A DNA stretch of 64,000 nucleotides from the human T2T-CHM13v2.0 reference genome, Homo sapiens. Positions 59,526 to 64,000 of this stretch are shown here, piece by piece; within the stretch, counting starts at the first letter, position 1; every line of letters begins with the position of its first letter. The stretch lies in assembly GCF_009914755.1 (NCBI RefSeq), contig NC_060937.1. The stretch is one strand, 5' to 3'. Below the pieces are notes generated by a model. The model searched no databases and had not been told where the DNA came from. It saw only the letters and a list, made by a program, of their open reading frames with translations. A program made the position numbers and the translations under genes.

Positions 59526-60564
59526 GCCGGGGGAATGTTTCAGCTTGATAAAGTCTCCATGTCAATCTTTTACAAAACCTGGTAATAAAAATGAACACAC
59601 GAAGATTTCACTTGGTTATAAGTAAAGTAAATCCCCTAAGGCAATAAGACTGAGTTTATTTTGATAATATTGATTTAAAAAAAAAGAGAAAGAAAAGCTA
59701 TGAGGCAAGGAGCAGTCATTAGTTCACAGAAAATCACACTGCATTTGCAAGAGAGTGTGTAGTGTTAACCTCTCACATTGTCAGCTACTGGCACACAAAT
59801 GAGAGCTTCCTCTCCCTGAAGTCATGTTTAACAACAACAACAAATATTCAGAAAGATTTATTTTGGCAGAGTTTTACAAGAAATTGCACAGTTTGGGTTT
59901 TTTTTTTCTTTTTAGACACTCTTGGCTATAGGCTACACTGCAATTGATATTTTTTGTAATGTGCTTTTGTGTTTTGTATCAAAATGGTTAGATTGCCAAA
60001 AAAAAGAAGAAGGAAATAGAAGAAATAAAAACATATTTCAAAATGCCATTAATACCATAGCCATAGAGTTGAGTAGAAGTTTATCTTTAGACATATTCTA
60101 CATATATTAGTAATTACACAGATTAATACCACTAAAAACTATATATTTGAAAAATCTAAACTTTTTGACACATTTTCTTATATGACAGATATGTTTACAT
60201 GCACTCACATAAATGCTAGTTGTTAAAATGCATATGCAGACCTGAATAATTTCTGAAACTCTTTCTGAAAAGAAATAGTGATTATATTTTATTATTTCAG
60301 CTATGTATATTGGAGTTACGATAGGCAGAAACTCATTAGTTATACCTATGACACTGTCAATTTCATGTTGGGAATCAGAAAATGTAACATCTTTCAAAAT
60401 GAACATTCAGTTACCAACTTGGAGAGACAACCACAGAGGGTGAAATAATTTTTCATTTTAGTGTAATTTACTTTAAAATTTTTAGCAAAACATTATTTTA
60501 ATTTCTTTCTATAAAACATTTCAATGTACGTAGTTTTTATTCTAAACTCCATGTTCAATTAAAT

Positions 60565-61230
60565 CTTTTATTTCATTTTCATTTTTTCAACTTTTATTTT
60601 AGATTCAGGTGTACATATGCAAGCATGTTGCCTGGCTATGTTGTGCAATAATGAGGTTTATGGTACAAATGATCCCTTTACCCAGGTACTGAGCAAAAGA
60701 TAAGAGTTTGTTCTTTTTATGGGAGTATAGTATTGCATGGTATATATGTACAACATTTTTTTTACCCAGTTCACTGTTTTTGTTATTTATGTTTTTGTTT
60801 TGTTATTTATGTTATTCACTGTTTTGTTATTTATGTTATTGTTATTGTGAATAGTGCTGTGATGAACATGCAAGTGCACATGTCTATACGGTAAAACAAT
60901 TCACTTTATTTTGAATTTATACTCAGTAACGAGTTTGCTCAGTCAAATGGTGGTTCTGTTTTAAGATCTTTGAGACATCTCTAAACCGCTTTCCACAGTG
61001 GCTGAACTAATTTACATTACCACCAACAGAGTATAAGCATTCTCTTTTCTTTGCTGCCTTGCCAGCATTGGTAGTTTTTTGACTTATTAATGATACATAG
61101 TGTTTCTGACTGACATGAGATGGTATCTCACTGTGCCTTTGATTTGAATTTCTCTGATGATTAGTGATATGGAACAATTTTTATGTTTGTTGCTCACTTA
61201 TATGGCCTCTCTTAAAAAGTGGTTGTTCGT
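60565..61230 (-). mobile_element. L1PA16/L1PB-like 3' portion with internal deletion and local micro-repeats
   Basis: caacttttattttagattcagg...aatgatccctttacccaggtactgagca; gctttccacagtggctgaactaatttaca. Confidence 0.85.
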
Positions 61231-62467
61231 ATATCATTCATATCATTCTAAAGAATATATATTCCAGCAATACAATAACTTATATTTTTACATAATAATA
61301 TATATAATATTAATTTTATATCAAATGCTTTGCATGTTTAATGTAATTTTTAGCTTTCTTCATAATAATATAGATGTATGATCAAATAAACTTTGCACTC
61401 ATAGCTTTAGAAGTATGTTACCCTCTACATTACTATCTATATTATCTAAGGCCAGTACAAATCTTTTTTAGCTTCATTACCTTTATCTGTATTATTTAAA
61501 AAGTACCATTTGCAACCTGCGAGATTTTGTGCAGATAATTTGAAATAATGAATACCCTAGAAGTGTCAGTCAATATTTTAGAAGACGCCCAGTAGATGAT
61601 AGTTTGTAATTTTAAATTATTTTATCATAAAGATATAGCATCAACATGTAATATAAAATATTTAAAAATATTAAAATTACAATACTTCATGTAAAAAAAA
61701 ATGTGAGTCCATAAAGTGACACACACAGATACACACTCTGCAACCAGGAATTCCAAATGTGAACACAAGAGTGACCTTCAACTCAAAGTCTAAATAAAAT
61801 TTAAATAAATCTCACTAACCCAACATCCTGCAAAAACTAAAGTTGCTCTAGATATTTTTATAAATGTAAATAGCATTTATATATCTAGAATCAAGTCTGC
61901 TTCTGGTTTCCTTGGTAATTTATGCTATATTTTTGGCCAACTATATACACATGTATAACCATAAACATATGCACACCTCATATATACACTTAGTGAACTC
62001 TCACTCTTTCAATAATTGCCCTAGTGACTGTTTGAATTATAAATGTTCCTCTACATGTTTGTGTGGGGATATAAAAATGTCCGCAAAAAATACTCAGAGG
62101 AAAAAAATGATGAACAGCTTTTTTTCTCAGTGGTTAGATGTATAACATCTTTAAAAAGTCTTTTTTTTTCTTATCTACATTGCTTTCAATTATTTTGAAT
62201 TCTATTTTTCATGATGTAAAACAACAGCAAAAATTCTTAGCAAAAACAAACAAACAAATATATAAAACTCTTGTATTTAAGGAGATGAAAGATCTAACCT
62301 AACATTAGTATTATTCTCTCTGTGACTTACGGTGTGGTTAGATAAATCATCCAAAATTATTCAATTAATATGTGACAGACCTGTGATTTGAACCTGTATC
62401 AGATTACTACAAATCACAGTTGTAAAAAACTATACAACTTTCTTTGGCAACACCATCTTGTTGTCTC

Positions 62468-63010
62468 TGTAGTGTAAGAGAATGTTTTCTTTTTTCTCTA
62501 ACCTTTCTAGTTTCAATGGCTTTGGTCTGAGAATCAAACCAGCAAAAGACAGATTAATAAACAAAAAGTTTTAATTATGTAAGAATGTATAGGAGTTACA
62601 AAGAAAAATTTAGCACCAGGAAAAACAAGATAATTGAGAATAGCATAACAGCTTTGGCTAAACATAGGAAAAGGGGCTTGGGGCTTCTGCACAGAGGAGA
62701 GGGCAAGGTCCTAAGAGGAAGGGAGGAAATGAATAGAAAATAAGGGTTGTTTTATGTAGATAAGTCTGTTGAGTGACAACAGTTACCTCTAGGAATAGCT
62801 CTTTCTGTTACACAGACACTTCCAAAAATATAATTTTTCTTTATAAATGTAAATTTATTTTACAAAGCAGAAAATTTATATTCTATTTTTAGGCAGTTAG
62901 GGGAAGGAAAAGAGCTTTTTCTGTGTCTGCTGTTTGTCGGTGGTCTTTAGTTCAAAATAGTCCATATGCCAAAGGGATATACTTTGGAGTAGCATATTCT
63001 GATATCCTTT
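62468..63010 (-). mobile_element. MER34-family ERV1 LTR
   Basis: Ends ttcaaaatagtccatatgccaaagggatatactttggagtagcatattctgat, the reverse complement of a MER34-type 5' end. Confidence 0.65.
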
Positions 63011-63271
63011 TTCTTCTATGTTAACTCTTCTGCAAGAACATCAAAGTTTTCCATTATTTGATCGTCTTCAACTCACCCGGAATTTGTTTCACTGCTTCCA
63101 GAAGGATTCCTCCACTTGAGTCTGACTTGTCTCTTTATTTTGTACATCAGTTTAGGATCACTTCTGTCTTGCATTCCAGTTAATCTATGTCCCGGTTATA
63201 AACTTCAGGTTTTTTTAACCCTAATATTCTTTCAAAATTGAGTTCATATGAAACATTCTCCAGGTAGTTTC

Positions 63272-63900
63272 TTATAACTCCTCTGGCATATATATAATAT
63301 TATATATAATGTTATAACTCCTCTGGCATATATATAAAATGTTATATATAATGTAACATTTTATATACATATAATGTTACATTATATATATTTATTATAT
63401 ATCAATATATAATATATATTGATATATAAATTCATTATATATTTATATATAATATATTTATATATAAATTTATTATATATAATATATAATATATTTATAT
63501 ATAAATATATTATATATAATATATTATAATATATTATATATAATATATAATATAAATATATTATATATATTATATATAATATATTATATATAATATATAT
63601 AATATATTATATATAATATATATAATAAATATATATAATATATATAATATATATAATAAATATATATAATGTAACATTATATATATAATAAATATATATA
63701 ATGTAACATTATATATAATAAATATATATAATGTAACATTATATATAATAAATATATATAATGTAACTATATATAATAAATATATATAATGTAACTATAT
63801 ATAATAAATATATAATGTAACATTATATATATTTATGATATATAGTTACATTATATATAATGTAACATTATATATATATAATATGTTACATATATATATT
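63272..63900. repeat. AT-rich micro/minisatellite with self-complementary 28-32-bp units
   Basis: (TA)n-derived tract. aatatatataatgtaacattatatataata is repeated exactly at 63691-63720 and 63721-63750, with variants on either side. Confidence 0.95.
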
Positions 63901-64000
63901 CTTCTTGTTTAAAGTTCTTGTTTAAAGTTCTCTCCTTTAAACGCTGAGTGTTTTTAATGAAATCTTGAAGCTTATCCACATTGCTGCATAACAATGAAGT

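Noticed and set aside
63650-63830. Regularly spaced 30-bp repeats as a CRISPR-like array
   Set aside because: The units are head-to-tail with no unique spacers, there are no cas genes, and the context is eukaryotic.

Overview
AT-rich, CpG-poor primate genomic DNA. It is very probably human, because it carries an AluYb8 with the full diagnostic set. I recognise no protein-coding gene, RNA gene, CpG island or CRISPR array. The window is a repeat-dense intergenic or deep-intronic tract built from L1 (old L1M/L1PB up to young L1PA2-like copies), Alu (S, Y, Yd lineage, Yb8), MaLR/ERVL/ERV1 LTRs and internal fragments, Charlie1 and Tigger DNA transposons, MIR/L2 relics and microsatellites. All long ORFs in the track are L1 ORF2 pieces or antisense/low-complexity artefacts. 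The interesting content is retrotransposition mechanics: four 5'-inverted (twin-primed) L1s, a young L1 with an apparent 38-bp 3' transduction and a nested AluYb8, a TSD-less L1 in an Alu linker, and a palindromic AT-rich minisatellite. I found no evidence for a new biological system. Subfamily names come from recalled consensus motifs, not from a database search, and boundaries of old elements are approximate.
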